DNA of 64,000 nucleotides from Octopus vulgaris (GCA_951406725.2 OX597836.1:50468001-50532000), one strand, 5' to 3'; positions 13,014-27,087 are shown, numbered from the stretch's first letter. Notes: generated by a model from the letters alone, not told the origin. Made by a program: numbers and translations.

Positions 13014-14586
13014 CTGGAAACAAAAATCAATGCATTAATATTATTTTTATAATCATCAATCATAGATACAACAGTTTAAAGGGTTTGTGGAGATCTCACC
13101 AATGACCAACTAATCTAATGTCTGGTATTTCAAAAGTAACCAAAATAGGTGTGCTTGTATAAAATCTTTAAAGCTCAAAAACTGACAACAAACATTTTAA
13201 CTGAAAAAATTGGAAGGAAACATGTTTTTTTTTTTATTTCCTCCCTGTATTCAAAAAAAAAAAAAAAAAAAAGACTGAAGCAGGCATTTCCAATGCTTTT
13301 AACAAAGTTTATTTATAGAGAGAGAGATGTGCTGAAAATGCCACTCCTAATACAAAATGCTGTGTAACTCTGCACATGAATAAGACGGCCATAAAACTGT
13401 CAGGAAGATTGGAAGAGGTCAACAGAATCCAGTTTAGCAAACAGATAAGACATGAGTGAGTGTACTGGAGGGGGGGGGGGGTACCTGCTTGTAGAATACC
13501 AGTCTCACTGGTATTATACCAGACAAACTGCAGTGCTCGCTCGTCTGTGAGGCATCAACAGCAGTCACAACACAAATGGGTGAAAAAAAACAACACTAAA
13601 AGCTGTGAAATAAAAGCAGAAAAAGATGTGTTGACCTTCATGCCTTTTCAAGAGACATTAGCAATGAGTGAGACTGCTAGACAATGGCCATTTGAACTGA
13701 AGTGGACACCTTGTGCAGGACAGTCGAATGGCTTCTAATTTCAGGCTGCCAATACCTTAATGTTGACCACTCTCCCAGAAAATCACCATCAATCTTTCTA
13801 TATAACTTATAACCACAAGCCATGAATGTTTTGGGAGTTTTCTGAAGATTTAGCAAATAGAAACATCATTTAATGCCCACTTTTCCATACTTTTAGGGGT
13901 CAGAAAGGATCTCTTGAGGTACATTTTCTACAACCTGATGCTCTTCTCGCTTCCAAGTAAAATATTTTCTTATAGGCTAGACTTTTTTTTTTTCTTTCAT
14001 GAAACATTTGAAGTTAAACCTTGCTAGCGATGTGGAAAAGTGGATGTGAAATGATGTATTACAAACACACACAAGCACGGAGGAGACTTCACTCCAATAT
14101 TATAAATCTGATCCCGACTGATACAAATCTGCCCTTCCCTTCCATGCTTCAATTGGTGGGCGGAATTTTGTTGAGGCAGTTTCTCTTACAGCTGGATGCT
14201 CTTCCTGTCACCAACTCACCAACTTCCAGGAAAGGTAATATTTCTCCACGACCAGACAACTCGTGATGTCAAGGTAAGCATATTTCCACAAACACAACAG
14301 GCTTCCTTCAGTTTTCCCCTCTACCAAACGCACTCAGGCCATATTGGAAAACACTGGCCCTAGATGCCATGCAGTGGGACCGAAGCCAAAACCATGAGAT
14401 GGAGAAGCAAGCCTCTAATAACAAAGCCACACCTATAATCAATCACACTTTATAACCATCGTCAATGCAGTTAATCAAGAGAAACATTTGATATCAAAGA
14501 CAAATATTTTTTTCCTTTTTTAACCAAAGACTTTCTAATTAAAAGTGGTTAGGGAGATAGAAATAGTAGAAAACAAATATACAGAC

Positions 14587-14684
14587 CTATTTTGGCTTCT
14601 ATAACCGAAATTGCTGCTTTGAAATTCTCTACTGCAGAATCATGGTTACTAGCAAACACATGGACTAACCCCAATTGGTAATAA
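14587..14684 (-). CDS. NASP: NASP exon 9 (TPR4: YYQLGLVHVFASNHDSAVENFKAAISVIEAKI)
   Basis: CAG acceptor after a U12-like branch point. Donor GTCTGT is weak but gives the phase needed for exon 10. Continues the AETHYQLGL-like motif. Confidence 0.9.
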
Positions 14685-15989
14685 CTGAAAGATTGTTAAA
14701 GAATCTATAAACATCCAGGGAGGGTCGTCTCAGAGAGACTAACATACGTGTATAGGCACAACTGCTCCTTATTTTCCCAAGTAAAACCATCTTCCTTACA
14801 CCACTCCAAATCATGAAGATACTAATTTATTTTTAAAAATCAGATTAAATTCATAAAATGCTTGCCTGTACCCAAAGGACAGTGAGAGGTTAAGATACTA
14901 ATGCACAAGATGCTACAAGGTCAAGTGTTCAAATCCTATTAAACCCATATTGTGCCCCTGAACAAATGCCAGTCTTCTTTAAACCTCACAGTGTCAGATT
15001 TCTGTTGAAATATGACTGCCCAGTTTCAATTGGTTTAAAGAATCTTAATAAATCAACTCATTATTAAGCTATTCTGTAGATCTTGGAAAACAAAAACCAC
15101 TTTCAATTAGCAGTAAAATTAAGCATTTGGAGACCACCACTATACATACATACACGAGATAAAGAAGCCCTCACTGGTGCCCTGTGTTAGTATTATCATT
15201 ATCTCTGATTAGCAGATCTTGTAAAATGTTGGCAACTTTAGATTGACTTATCTCAGACACCTGAGCAATAACAATCTGCTCATTCTTGCCAGGTAGGAGG
15301 ACTGAAAGAGGGAGAAAAACAAAAAACAGTGGATTTTTGTTGAGATTTCCTTTACCATAACATGAAGCTAATGAAAAACAGAAATTAATCCGTCTAAAGA
15401 ACCAATGTATTGTAAATAGCTTTACAAATTCATTTCTAAAGAAATAGACTGAAGAACTAACGAGAGTGATTATCGAATTCTCCCTCGTTTATCACAGATC
15501 CAGGATAACATGGTACGCTGAGTTGTGAACCATGTTACCAATTATCATGGATTGATCTTGGATAACACAGGTTCACATTCAGTCAAATATTCTGCTTGTA
15601 TTACAAAAATGTACCCCAGCAACCATCTAGAATGCTCTGACTATCACTCGTGTTTTACATGACCATGCTTGGAGGCTGCATATTTGTACCCATCAACACG
15701 GGACCAGTGAATAGGAAATATATGAAGGCACCTCAGCCTAACAAATGATGCAGGTGAGTTTATTCTCTAAAGGAAAAGGTTGAGATTATCCAGAAACTAC
15801 AGGATGAAAGTTTCATAGCTATGAGCAAATAAATCTACCATTTGTTCTAATTACAAAGTGAATGGAGGTGGTTCATTTATTGGGAACTGAACCCCCGAAC
15901 AAACCACATTTTATTGACTTCCCTACTTATGAAAAAACCCTTATTTTTCTGTTATTTTCAAAGAGGAGGAGGGGGAAAAAAAAGGATAC
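14685..15989 (-). other. U12-type (minor spliceosome) GT-AG intron in NASP
   Basis: 5' splice site GTATCCTTTT. Branch-point box TTCTTTAAC (14703-14695) about 10 nt from the CAG, with no long polypyrimidine tract. Confidence 0.88.
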
Positions 15990-16080
15990 GTTTCAGCTAT
16001 TTCTCTTTCCTCTGGATTTAAATGTTCTTTCTGAATTTTAAGACATTCTTTGATATCCTCCACTGCCAAATCATAGAGAC
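15990..16080 (-). CDS. NASP: NASP exon 8 (GLYDLAVEDIKECLKIQKEHLNPEEREIAET)
   Basis: CAG acceptor and donor GTATCCTTTT (U12-type). TPR3-like peptide. Confidence 0.93.
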
Positions 16081-17133
16081 CTGCAACCAGAGAAAGTAAA
16101 GAAAAAAAAGATAAATAATGACAAAATTTCTTTGTAAATAAGTCCAATGGAACGACTGGCAATTACTAGTCAATATCTTTTGACACAAACTTATCAAAAT
16201 CACTAAACATTTTAAACACTTTTTTATGGTGGTGTGTAGGTGGAAGGAGGAAGTTTAGGACACAACAAGAATGGGTTGGGGTACTTAAGTGATGGAAGGA
16301 CATGGCCAGTCTGTTCCAAGGAGCAGAGACCATTATAATAGTGAAAGAAAAGGCAGAGAGAGAGAGGAGACAATATTCCTGTTGGCCCAGAAAATAGAGT
16401 GCATTCATTAGTGATAGAATACTAATTAGTTAAGTGGCCTTTTCAGGATACAAGTTGAATATTATTTCAGTAAACATTTTAGATTATTTTGAAAATTAAA
16501 TCACAAAAAAAGGCAGAATGATGTCCTTAGAATGTTGCCAGTGACAAAAGTAATTGACTAATTTGTTTGGATTATTAAAGCAACAAGCTGACAGAATTTC
16601 TAACGAGTTGCACCAAATATTTAACGGTATTTCCTCTGGTTCTTTATGTTCAGAGTTGAAAATTCCACCAAGGTCAACTTAGCCTTTTATCTGTTTGGAG
16701 GTCAATAAAATAAAGTACCAGTCTCACAATGGGGTCCATGTAATTGACTTCTCTCTCGCTTAAAATTGCAGGCCTTGAGCCAAAATTAAAGACTATTATT
16801 AGTATTAGCACTCTAATTAGTAATAATAATGGATTCTCAGCCCTAGGTGAAGAAAGGGCCCCCATGCCCAACAGTGGGCTTAAAGAATGCAGCAGAAAAA
16901 GCAATATTCCATTGGCCCCTGAGAATCAAGAATTGAAAAATCATTTTGAATATTCAAGACAACTTCTGCAGGAAATATTTCCACTTCTGGATGACTGATA
17001 TAACAACATCAACTGTGTCATTAGTCATGGAACGTTTACTAAATAAGCCCAGGTGGCAGGCAACTAAACCACGACCATCAAGGTAACCTGACAGAACAAA
17101 GGAAATTTTAATGACTTTTTCTCAGGAACTCAC

Positions 17134-17207
17134 CAGTTTCCAAACCGACTTCGCCCAGCTTTAAGTAGGCTTGTGCTGCCTTCAATTGGGATTCTTTATC
17201 TTTTCTC
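17134..17207 (-). CDS. NASP: NASP exon 7 (RKDKESQLKAAQAYLKLGEVGLET)
   Basis: CAG and GTGAGT boundaries. Matches NASP AAQAHLKLGEVSVES. Confidence 0.94.
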
Positions 17208-19458
17208 CTGAAAAACAATTACACAAGAGCAGAAATTTCAATAATCAAAGACAAAAAAAAATTCTTAAAACTATTTTTTTTAATTCCAGCCTAATTTCGA
17301 ACACCCCCTCATCCCACAATAGCAATCGACTCAAAAGTGATTTTTAATTAAGTAATTAATATAAACTCATTACATGAACACTTTTGTGATATTCAGTTCT
17401 AGTTTGATAGAACACCTATTTTAAAAACCATTATTTTAGCAAATAACTCCCCTGTTATTCTATGAAGCTGATATTTGGAATGTATTTTATTAAGCCTGCC
17501 ACCTGTAAATTTTTGGCCCTTAAAAAATATAAACATTGTATTCTCATGAAAAATATAGTTGAGCAAGGGTTTACATAATTGTAGGATAATTAAGGAAACC
17601 TTAGCTTCTAAACAAAGAATGGATTTAGGATCATAAACTTGTGTTGTCTGGATGGAAAAAAATCAGAAAGTAAAAGTTAGAAGAAACCTAACAGCGTATC
17701 TGGCAAAGTGAGCGGCAGAGCGCCAACCAATGTACCAGCAACTCATTGCAAGTGGAGAGTAACCAAAATGTGAAAACTAGAGACCCCTTTATATTACACC
17801 TGTTCATTGGATGACAAATTACATGTCTAAGTAAGGTCTCCCACTAGAGCACCACATCAAGTTTTCTATTTATGTTAAACAGTCTTAAAGATAAGCAGGG
17901 TTTTTTTTTTCCTTTTAGCATTTACAGATAAGTATTCTCAGTGAAGCCCATCCAGCACATTTCATTTCTTCTATGTCCATTAACAGACAGAAGAACAGAA
18001 GTGTTCAAAGACTTGGATACTTCATCTGAGAATGGCCAATATATCCAACATGAGAAGGCAATGTTGTATGTTGGACACATGATGAGATGTGTACAATTAC
18101 ATGGTCACAATTCAGAACATTTAAAGCTCCTTCAACCTGGAACGAGTCATTTCCAGTTTACTTGTTCAGATGCTACAAACAACACCTAAGGAGACCGTAC
18201 CAGCTAAGTCTCACATTAACTAGGCTCCACCCTACCACTGGATCAATTGCAGAGCCTTTTAGAAAGGGAATGACAGGGACCAGCACAGCTGAGCTCTGTG
18301 GAAACCCCATACAACTGAGGACCTTCCCTTTCTAATGAAACGTATAGCTTACTGCAGAGACAGTTCAAGTGGAATCTATTGAGATCAAACAGTCCACATC
18401 TCCAGATCACCACAAAGAAAAGTTAACAGATCTGTAGACTTCCAACTTTATTTTCAGGCTGAATATCCATTCTGCTGATGCTTTTGGCAATTCTGCTGTT
18501 GACAATGGGGACAATTCCTGAGAGGATGCTACCAAAGTATCAGCAACTATCTCGCATGCACAAACCCCAAAAGCCCACCCTATTACATCAACCCTTGGAC
18601 ATTACCATTTCAAATCCTAAGACTAAGACCATTTACTCCATTTCCATGGTGTGTAAGTGACCAAAATCATAACATTCCTCACCAAACAAGATGCCAGTCC
18701 ACTACAGGGTTATTCATCTACAACTGGAGCAATATGAAATGAAGGGTTTTATTCAAAAACACAATGCAACTGCATGGTGTGGGAATTGAAACCAGAATCT
18801 TGCAATCATGAGTGCAACACTAACTACTAGGCCACACTGTCTGCATAACACGTAAACCATACTGGATTATATCACACACACACAGTGTCACTGCACATAG
18901 CCTAGCACTGGTGCATTTCACTAATACAGTAACAGTTTTACTATACCATAACTGGAACTACTCTGTTGGTTAGAATTACGAGGGTTCCAGGGGATCCGAT
19001 CAATGGAACAGTCTGCTCAGGGAAATTAACATGCAAGTGGCTGAGCACACCACAGACATGTGAACCCTTAACGTAGTTCTTGGGGAGATTCAGCAATGAC
19101 ACAGAATATGACAAGGCTGGGCCCCTTTGAATTACAGGTAAAACTCATTTTTGCCAGCTGAGTGAACTGGAGCATCATGAAGTGAAGTGTCTTGCTCAAG
19201 GACACACCATTCCACTGAGAATCAAAGTCATGAGCTGACTACCTCAACCACTGAGCCATGTACCTTCACCACCACCATAGCAGCAGCAATTCAATTATTC
19301 TTCCCCCTCCCCATAAGCAGTAGCGCCAAGGCATTGTTTTATGCCTTCATTTACTTGGGAGAGAAAAGTGAATCAGCCAACACAGTTTCAAATATATAAA
19401 CAGACACACATGCAATGAAAAAAGGGGGAAAAACAAACAACAATAATAATAAACCTAC

Positions 19459-19532
19459 TTTAAATATATTATTTTAGCAAGTTCCAGACTCTCCCAGGCC
19501 AATTGGAGATTTGTAACATCATTACCAGCATC
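19459..19532 (-). CDS. NASP: NASP exon 6 (DAGNDVTNLQLAWESLELAKIIYLK)
   Basis: AAG acceptor and GTAGG donor. Matches NASP NLELAWDMLDLAKIIFKR. Confidence 0.93.
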
Positions 19533-20599
19533 CTTTGAAATAGAAAAGTTACTAAATATCATCAGACAGTTGATACAGTGACCTGTCAGTGGTTGGAGAG
19601 GAAGGGCTGGAGTGAGACAGGGGAGGGCATGGAGGGATCTAAATGCAAGAAATGCACAACAGCTGTGAGGCCCAATGTCAGCACGATCAATGTGGTGATG
19701 TTGAGTAACCTCTAAGATACACAATTGAAATCGCTTCTGCCCAGACTAAAAGAAAATTACTGGATCACTGAACGACAAGAGTAAGAACAACAACATAGAC
19801 TCTAAAAAGTTCGATGAGAGGCATGGGGATGGTTGTGTGGTTAAGAAGCTCACTTAGCAACCATGTGGTTTGGGGTTCAGTCCCAATGCATGGAACCTTC
19901 AGTAAATGTTTTCTATTGTAGTCTACCAATTTCATTCACAAGGCTTTGGTTGACTTGGGGCTGTGTGGAGGACCATCGAGAGAGAGAGTGTCTGTATGAT
20001 CACTCCACTGATGGTTCATTTACATCCCTGTAACAATGGTTCAGCAAAAGAGACATAGAAGACAAAGCTGTGAACTGGGGTCAAATTGTTTGACTACATC
20101 CTTCAAGGTGGTGCTCCAGCATGGTCACAGTCCAGTGAGTGAAACAAATAAAAGATAACTGCTATTGTGAAATTCAGCCAAGTTGAATTTCTCCGAGAGA
20201 GGTTTCTGGTTGAAAGGATTCACTGGTCAGTCAGAGAATCCTTAACACATATACAATCACAACACCACAATCCACTGAAAACTAGTCGACATGCTCGGAC
20301 AACAATGTCGCAGCCTGACACCTGGTTCCCTGTAACCTTATTCTGCTAGGAGATGCAACATCCTGTTCCGACCGAGGAACCCTCACCCATCTACTTTAAC
20401 AACTGACCAACACTGAACAGTCCATCTTTAAACGATGAGGATTTTAATAGACTTTTTACATAAAAACAGAATCCTGTCATGGACGATTTGCTTTAATGTT
20501 AATCTTAAATTTCTGGGAATGAAAGGTCCTCATGTAATCAGAACCAGCTTCTATTAAAAAAAAAAAAAAAAAAAAGACTAAGTATAAAATTCAGTAAAA

Positions 20600-21480
20600 A
20601 ACACTCACACTCGTAATGGAAGGATGGGTGAGCGAGCAGAGATTTATGGAAGAGAATGTGTTGAAGGCTTTTTCAAACTATGAGGAATGAGCAGAAGCTG
20701 GTCAGTGTCCTTGTTTGACCTCCCTTTTCTTTTATCTTTGAAAAAGGCTTTTGTCCAGAGGATAGTGAGATACCAGGTTTCACGATCAGTGGCATGAACA
20801 GACCACTGGTGGTGGTCAATGTGGCAGCAGCAAGGGTTTTCTTCGGAAAGTCCTTGTATCTCTCCCTTGGTGCTTCCCTATCACAGTGACCAGAGGAGAG
20901 TTCACAATACAGTAGGGTCTCAGGAGGATGAGGTTTATCCTTTGCACAGGTCATGTCCTACCAAGCAGTTAGAAGCTGACCTCTATGTCTTCAGAAGGGA
21001 TCAAAAGTACTTATGATTGAAACAACACCTGGCAGTAAAACACTGGCCCAATAGGTTTTGTCCAACTATACCCCGGTCACACTATTATGCAGTTTGTACA
21101 CAAGCATCAGGCACTCAACTTCACCAGCCTGTTCTTCGTCTGGCCACTTCACTTTCATAACACCCCACTGCTTAAAAGATCCCATCAACCACTTCAGGAA
21201 GACTTCTGGACATTATTTTCTGAGGATTCTTCCAGACTTCTATTGATTCCACATTTTCCTCCTAGGTTTCTTATTTTTGGAAATCTCCTATAGATTCCGC
21301 CATAAGAGCTAAGTTACTGCATGGAAATGGCCTTTGACAGAATTACACGTAGGGGTAGCAAACTGAGGAGGCACTAATTTGACAGAGCTTTGTTTACTAT
21401 TCTTAACAAGTCAACCAACATCAGAGAAGCTCCTTCAATTGTACAATCTTACTTCAGCCTTGATGAAGCAGAGCTATGAT
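20600..21480 (-). mobile_element. Old RTE/BovB-like LINE relic
   Basis: PETLLYCELSSGHCDREAPRERYKD resembles the RTE C-terminal motif PKxLLYGELxxGxRxxGxPxKRYKD. Boundaries are approximate. Confidence 0.62.
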
Positions 21481-21518
21481 GAAAGATATTGTCGGTTAAT
21501 TAAGTGAAGGAACATTAA

Positions 21519-22689
21519 CCCTTTCGTTACTATAGTTCTAACCAAAATACACCCCTCATGAGTTTCAATTAAATTCTAAAATAATCATGAATTTAGGCTT
21601 GTTTCATTAAATAACTAACTTTTTTACTTATCAACATATTAATGTGATATTTGGAACATAATTAAAGAAAGGGTTCTTAATCAATTCTATTGCATAACTT
21701 TTGTTTACAGGTAAATTGAGCTAAAGGTAAAAATATTAAAATTTTGTTTAAACATCACCATAGAAAATGAATCATCAGCTAATATTCAAATGGGTATGCA
21801 ACAAAATTTTGATAAAGAAGAATTGTGCACATCACTAGATCATCAGTTGAATTTAATGCACAACAGGTGTACCATAAAGGTGGAATAAAGTGAAATACTG
21901 GAATCCACCGCAAGTTTGACCGAACTAAAGAAATCGGTCAAAAAATAATATACGGTATGGAAGTGATAGATTCTAGACCACATCGTTCCCTAGGCCATGC
22001 TGACTAACATTTTCCCTGTATAAAAACTAAATCCACAACAGTACTCAGTATTTGCTTCACAAATTTTCCAAACTTTGATCCCCCATTTTGTGTTTGTTTA
22101 CAATCTGCGTAAATTTGTTTCCGAAGTGATCGCTTAAAACAAGCATACTGAAAAAAAATAAAGTCTAATGGTTTCACTTCCTAAGAAAGACTATAGATAA
22201 ACTATCTCCTCAGAAAAATTGCTAATAAAAACATTTTTACTTCATTCCGATGTAAAATCGTCTTTGCTGTCGCCATCGCCGCTTTGTTTCTTCAGAATCG
22301 CTGCTTTCGGTTAACGGATAAAAAAATATCCTATTCATTATTGTACACCACGTGCTTTTGTACCTCATTCATTCTTTTTCTCGATATCTCCCTATTTTCC
22401 ATTGAAAAAGCTTTAAATTCGGAATCAATGCTTGATAACATGAAACTCATATCCATTTTCAACGTTGAAGAAAAATCAATGCCGAAAAAAATCTCCCAAA
22501 ATTCACTGAGTTGAGATATCATGTCAAGCAATGTCGGATACTATAACCCAACTATTTACAAAGTGAAATCACGTGTTTTAACAAATGTACCAACGAGATT
22601 TGGGTTCAAATTTACATTTAAATAACAATAGGTTCTCTCGGCCAGATTGGTATTATGAACCAAAATATTTTTGGTTAGTAACGAAAGGG
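21519..22689. mobile_element. Non-autonomous piggyBac-type DNA transposon, copy 1
   Basis: 14-bp TIRs CCCTTTCGTTACTA / TAGTAACGAAAGGG, with TTAA target duplications at 21515-21518 and 22690-22693. Confidence 0.92.
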
Positions 22690-22852
22690 TTAAGAGCCCA
22701 ATATGTAAAATAATGGTGTGAAGAGAGAAGGTAAACATAAGATCAAAGAATGAAATAGTAGCACAGAGAACTTAAGTATTTAGGGTCAGTATTGAGGGGA
22801 AAGGGAGAAGAAAGTGCATGCAAGCATTTGGGACTACCAAAATGGAACTCAC

Positions 22853-23010
22853 ATGTTCATCTTCATCTGGATCCTTTTCTTCTGGTTTCTCCTGGTTTTC
22901 AACTGCCTCATCTTGTGAGGAAAGAGACTCTGAATTGTCTGTCCGATCTTCATCTCCAGTTCCTTCATCCTCTTTGGAAGCAGCTTTAGAAGAAGCACCA
23001 TCATCTTTTT
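22853..23010 (-). CDS. NASP: NASP exon 5 (acidic loop continued: KDDGASSKAASKEDEG...PDEDEH)
   Basis: CAG and GTGAGT boundaries, 158 nt, phase 1 to 0, open acidic frame. Confidence 0.87.
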
Positions 23011-23399
23011 CTGTTAGAAACATGCATATGCAGACATGCTTATATATATATATATATATCTAAATATTACAGAAACGAATTCAGGAACAAAACTGGTGCC
23101 ACTCCTTAATCAGGATACAGAAATGCTTACATGGAGGAAATTGGTTGCAAAAGCTAACAGATTACCCAGAAGATATTGGTAACACTACAGGACAGATGTA
23201 GTTAAGTCGAATCTCCATGAGCATTTTTCATTTAAGAATCAAAACAACAGACAGTACAATGTTTGAGTTAGTCTTCCACAGATCATCATGGTCATGTCAC
23301 AGGTTCCACAACTCATCCTGTACCTCTTAACTCTCTTTTTCTGCCCCACTCTAAACAAAATATAAAGTACGACTGGAGAAAGCCTTCAACCAACATATA

Positions 23400-23587
23400 C
23401 AGGGGGGGTGGCAGAAGTAACACCCTTTCACATTCAATAACTTTTATAATAAATGTTTATTAAGTAATTTTTTTTTTAACACAAACTTATTGCATTACTT
23501 AAAGAAATGAATAAGAAACTAATGAAAAAAAAGTCCATTAAAAACTAGAAAACTCAAAGAAAAGGATGTTACTTCTGCCACACCCTG
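23400..23587. mobile_element. Tc1/mariner-type MITE (188 bp)
   Basis: ~27-bp imperfect TIRs CAGGG(GGG)GTGGCAGAAGTAACACCCTTT / AAAGGATGTTACTTCTGCCACACCCTG, flanked by TA. Confidence 0.88.
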
Positions 23588-23810
23588 TATATCAGCTATT
23601 ATTATTATTATTATTATATAGAGAGGTTTGCGTCTCAATGTGTACACATATGCATAATGGCACTGACCCAGTGCGAGTTAAAATCACAACTTACTAAGTT
23701 ACATCAGAAGACAATCAGAGACCGAGGTTTTGACTTCTAAGTAAAATTGCTGTCTTCCACACAGAGAGGATTGTCCTTTTCAGGTGGTGGTACCACATAA
23801 ATGCATGCAT

Positions 23811-23995
23811 ACCAGTGGCATGTAAAAAAAAGCACTCAGCACAGTTAAGTGGTTGGATTAGGAAGGACATCCAGATGTAGAAATCATGTGACAACAGACA
23901 ATTGGAGTGTGGACAACTCCTTGGCTGGTCAGCTCCCTGTCAATCTGTCTGAACCATGCCAGCATGGAAAGCGGATGTTAAATGAGGATGATGGT
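23811..23995 (+). mobile_element. RTE-tail repeat fragment (diverged)
   Basis: GTGGCATGTAAAAA...CCATGCCAGCATGGAAAGCGGATGTTAAATGA motif. Confidence 0.7.
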
Positions 23996-24390
23996 GAGGG
24001 TGGATTCCTCTAAGAACTGTTCCCAACTTCACAAATTGCATTCTTATTAACTGTAACATCTACCTCCTGACTTTGCTAAATTCCAGTCTACATAAAAAAC
24101 ATGGAATGAATTCTCTGGCACTGCCATTCCATTTAGAAATCCATAATTTTGCAATGCTGATGTACTTTAAAGATTTTGTTTCTGAGCAGCAGTTTTAAAT
24201 ATGAAATATTTGCTTCAGAAACCCACAAATTGTAAACAAAAAATTTGGTTACATGTGTAAACAAGGGATGGTGGCTGAATGGATTAAGAATCTGCCAAAT
24301 TACCTTCTCTACCATTTGAAAAGAAGTGTTTCCATTGTTAAGAAACAGACATTCAATGCAATGATTAAATAGGGAGGAATGGAAACTTAC

Positions 24391-24489
24391 CTGAATCTTT
24401 TTCTGATTTCTCATTTTCTCCATCATCTCCTTCCTCTTCATCATCATCATCATCGTCGTCTTCCTCCTCTTCAGCAGCAGCTGCTTCAG
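24391..24489 (-). CDS. NASP: NASP exon 4 (acidic loop: EAAAAEEEEDDDDDDDEEEGDDGENEKSEKDS)
   Basis: TAG acceptor and GTAAG donor, 99 nt, phase 1-1. The D/E-rich insertion is typical of the interrupted TPR2 (SHNi-TPR). Confidence 0.85.
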
Positions 24490-26296
24490 CTACAGAAGTA
24501 AAACATTCAAAGTATAGGGATGTGAAATTAACATGAAGACCTTCCCCACAAAGACTCTCTCTGGAAAGATATTTTCCTGACAAAGTGTATGTGAAAGAGA
24601 TATCACTGGGCTATGAACAATGTCATTGGACTGCTAGACTCCAGTTTTGGTGGTGTTAAGCTTCATCAGCAACAGAGACTAAACCAGTCATTCAAAGCTG
24701 ACTAAGAGCTACTGCTTTTATATATAAACAGCAAATAAATTTGCAATGTCTAAAACTTTGTCAAGCTCAAATTAGAGACAGACTAAATGAGGATTGTAAT
24801 ATAGGTGTGTCAAATGACTATTTTAACATATAAGGAACTTTTTTTTTTGGCAAGAATTATGTTAAAAAATATGGGAGTTTCTTATACATGGATAGTATTA
24901 CAATCCCTTACAAAACCTTTTTTCAAATTTTAAGCCCCCAGAGTTAGGGAGTTCTTTATACACGTTAAAATATATAACAGGCTTGTCTATACTTTAAAGT
25001 GAAACCTGTTTCTAGAGAGAAATTTTTGACAGCTCTTTGTGAGCTACAAACAATGGATTCAGTGTCCGTAGCTGAAAAAGTAGAACGATACAGAAAGCCT
25101 TGTCCAATGGTCTAATGATGTCATTCATAGTCTAGACACAGGAACAGGTGTGGCTGTGTGGTCAAGAAGTTTGCTTTTTAGCCACATGCTTTTGGGTTTG
25201 ATTCCAGTATGCGACACCTTGGGCATCTCCTATAACAGGCTCAGGCTAACCAGTCTTGGCAAACAGCAATGGAAAGAAGCTCGTGTGTGTGTGAGCAGGG
25301 GTTTGTGACTGTTTTCACATTGCATGGTAGTTATAAATGTATGTTGCTGTCATTTGTCTCCAGTATTCTGCAAGAACCTGTCTGGCCATGGGAAGATAAC
25401 ACCAGGCTTAGAATCAGATGAGAAGGACATTTAACCAGAGAAAGTCTGTGACCCATGCAGGCATGGAAAAGCAGACATAAAAATGAGGAGATACTTCTCA
25501 CAAAGAAGCTCTCTCTCCATGTTGAGAGCATACACAAGCACAATAGAATTGTGCACCCCCATCAATATTTTACTCATCGTTGCTTATAGGGTCTAAATAT
25601 TAAGCAACAAAAATAAAATTAAATTACCCCCACCCAGCTGTGGGTCCCTCAAGAAGTGCAAATTACATTCATTAGTGGCTTCAGTTTCCACCCTTGCTTC
25701 AATGTAGAAGGGCAGGCATTAGCAGATCGAACTGGGTGAATATAACAATTATGAGCCTCAAAGATATTTGTACAATGAGTTCTAGGCTGCTAACTATATA
25801 GTCACAAGTTCAAATAACACTAGCATTTTATTGCGTGACCAACACACACAGATTTACTCGATCCAGTTAGCAAAGGGCAGACAAGAATTTTCAGATTTCA
25901 AGCAAATTGGCGAGCCCCTGGTAGAGTTGTCAGCACATTTGCAAAATACTGTAGTATTTCTGGCTTGTTGTTCAACCTTCCATCTTGTCAGGATCACAAA
26001 ATAAATACCAGTTAAGTATTGGGTGCCAATGTAATTGATTTACTCCCTAAATGGCAGTGCTCCAGCATGGTCACAACTTTTCAGCTGGAATACATAAAGG
26101 AATCCCCTGGAATAGAAATACCTCATATGCATATTTGTCCCACCCTGAGTTGTCCAGACTTCCTAACCACTGATGTTAATAATTGTCCACCCAACATGAG
26201 TTAAACACTTCACTGAACTAATCTAGAAATAAAAGATGGCAAAACAAAGAAACAACAACAACAACAACAACTGACTGGCAACAATCATCGACTTAC

Positions 26297-26409
26297 CTTC
26301 AAGACTTTCAATGACTTTCGAGTCTAGCCTGGCCAATTCTAGCAAGGCATGACCATAAGAGAAGTAGGCAGCAGCACATTCAAATGCCATCTCCCCATAG
26401 CACTTGGCC
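26297..26409 (-). CDS. NASP: NASP exon 3 (AKCYGEMAFECAAAYFSYGHALLELARLDSKVIESLE)
   Basis: CAG and GTAAG boundaries. Matches the NASP motif [24 protein letters not shown]. Confidence 0.95.
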
Positions 26410-27087
26410 CTGTCAAAGAAACCAAAAAAGCTCAGCAATCATCATTACATCCAGTGTACAACTAACTTCAGTATTGAAGATAAAAACAAAATGCTGCTGC
26501 CAGGATACTGAAGAAGGGTAACCTTCTGACATACGCTATGTGTCTGGGTCTTTTACTAGGTTCAGTCAGACTGTGACCATACTGGGGCACCACCTTGAAG
26601 AATTTGTCAAATGAATCAATCCTAGTATACTTTTTCCCCCCCTTAACCCACTTATCTTAGTGATCTCTTTTGCTAAACCACTAAGTTATGGGGATGTAAA
26701 CACACCAACACCAGCTGACCAGTAGCCATGGAGGACAAACGTGGAGTCAAGCATATATATACATGCACACGATGAGTTTCTTGAGAGAGGATTGGGTAAG
26801 ACAGACCTGTGTGTGTATTTACATCTGCAATCACTTGTGCAAAAACGCCGAAAGCAGTGTTGTGGACAACTGAAGTCAATCAATCGTTTCATTACTTTGT
26901 ATCCTTCAAAGCTGCATGGAATCAGAAATCCTTTACTTGAACAGGTTAAGCGTAAGCATCAAGAAGGGCAATACCCCAAATAACATTCATCCAAAACCTT
27001 CAAGCATGGAAAATGGACTAAAAAAAAAAAAAACAAACAAACAAATAGCATGCGTATACACATTATACATACACACACACACACACA

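Noticed and set aside
22331-22738. Short ORFs inside the piggyBac-type element
   Set aside because: No DDD transposase motifs are recognisable, and the frames are not preserved intact between the two copies.
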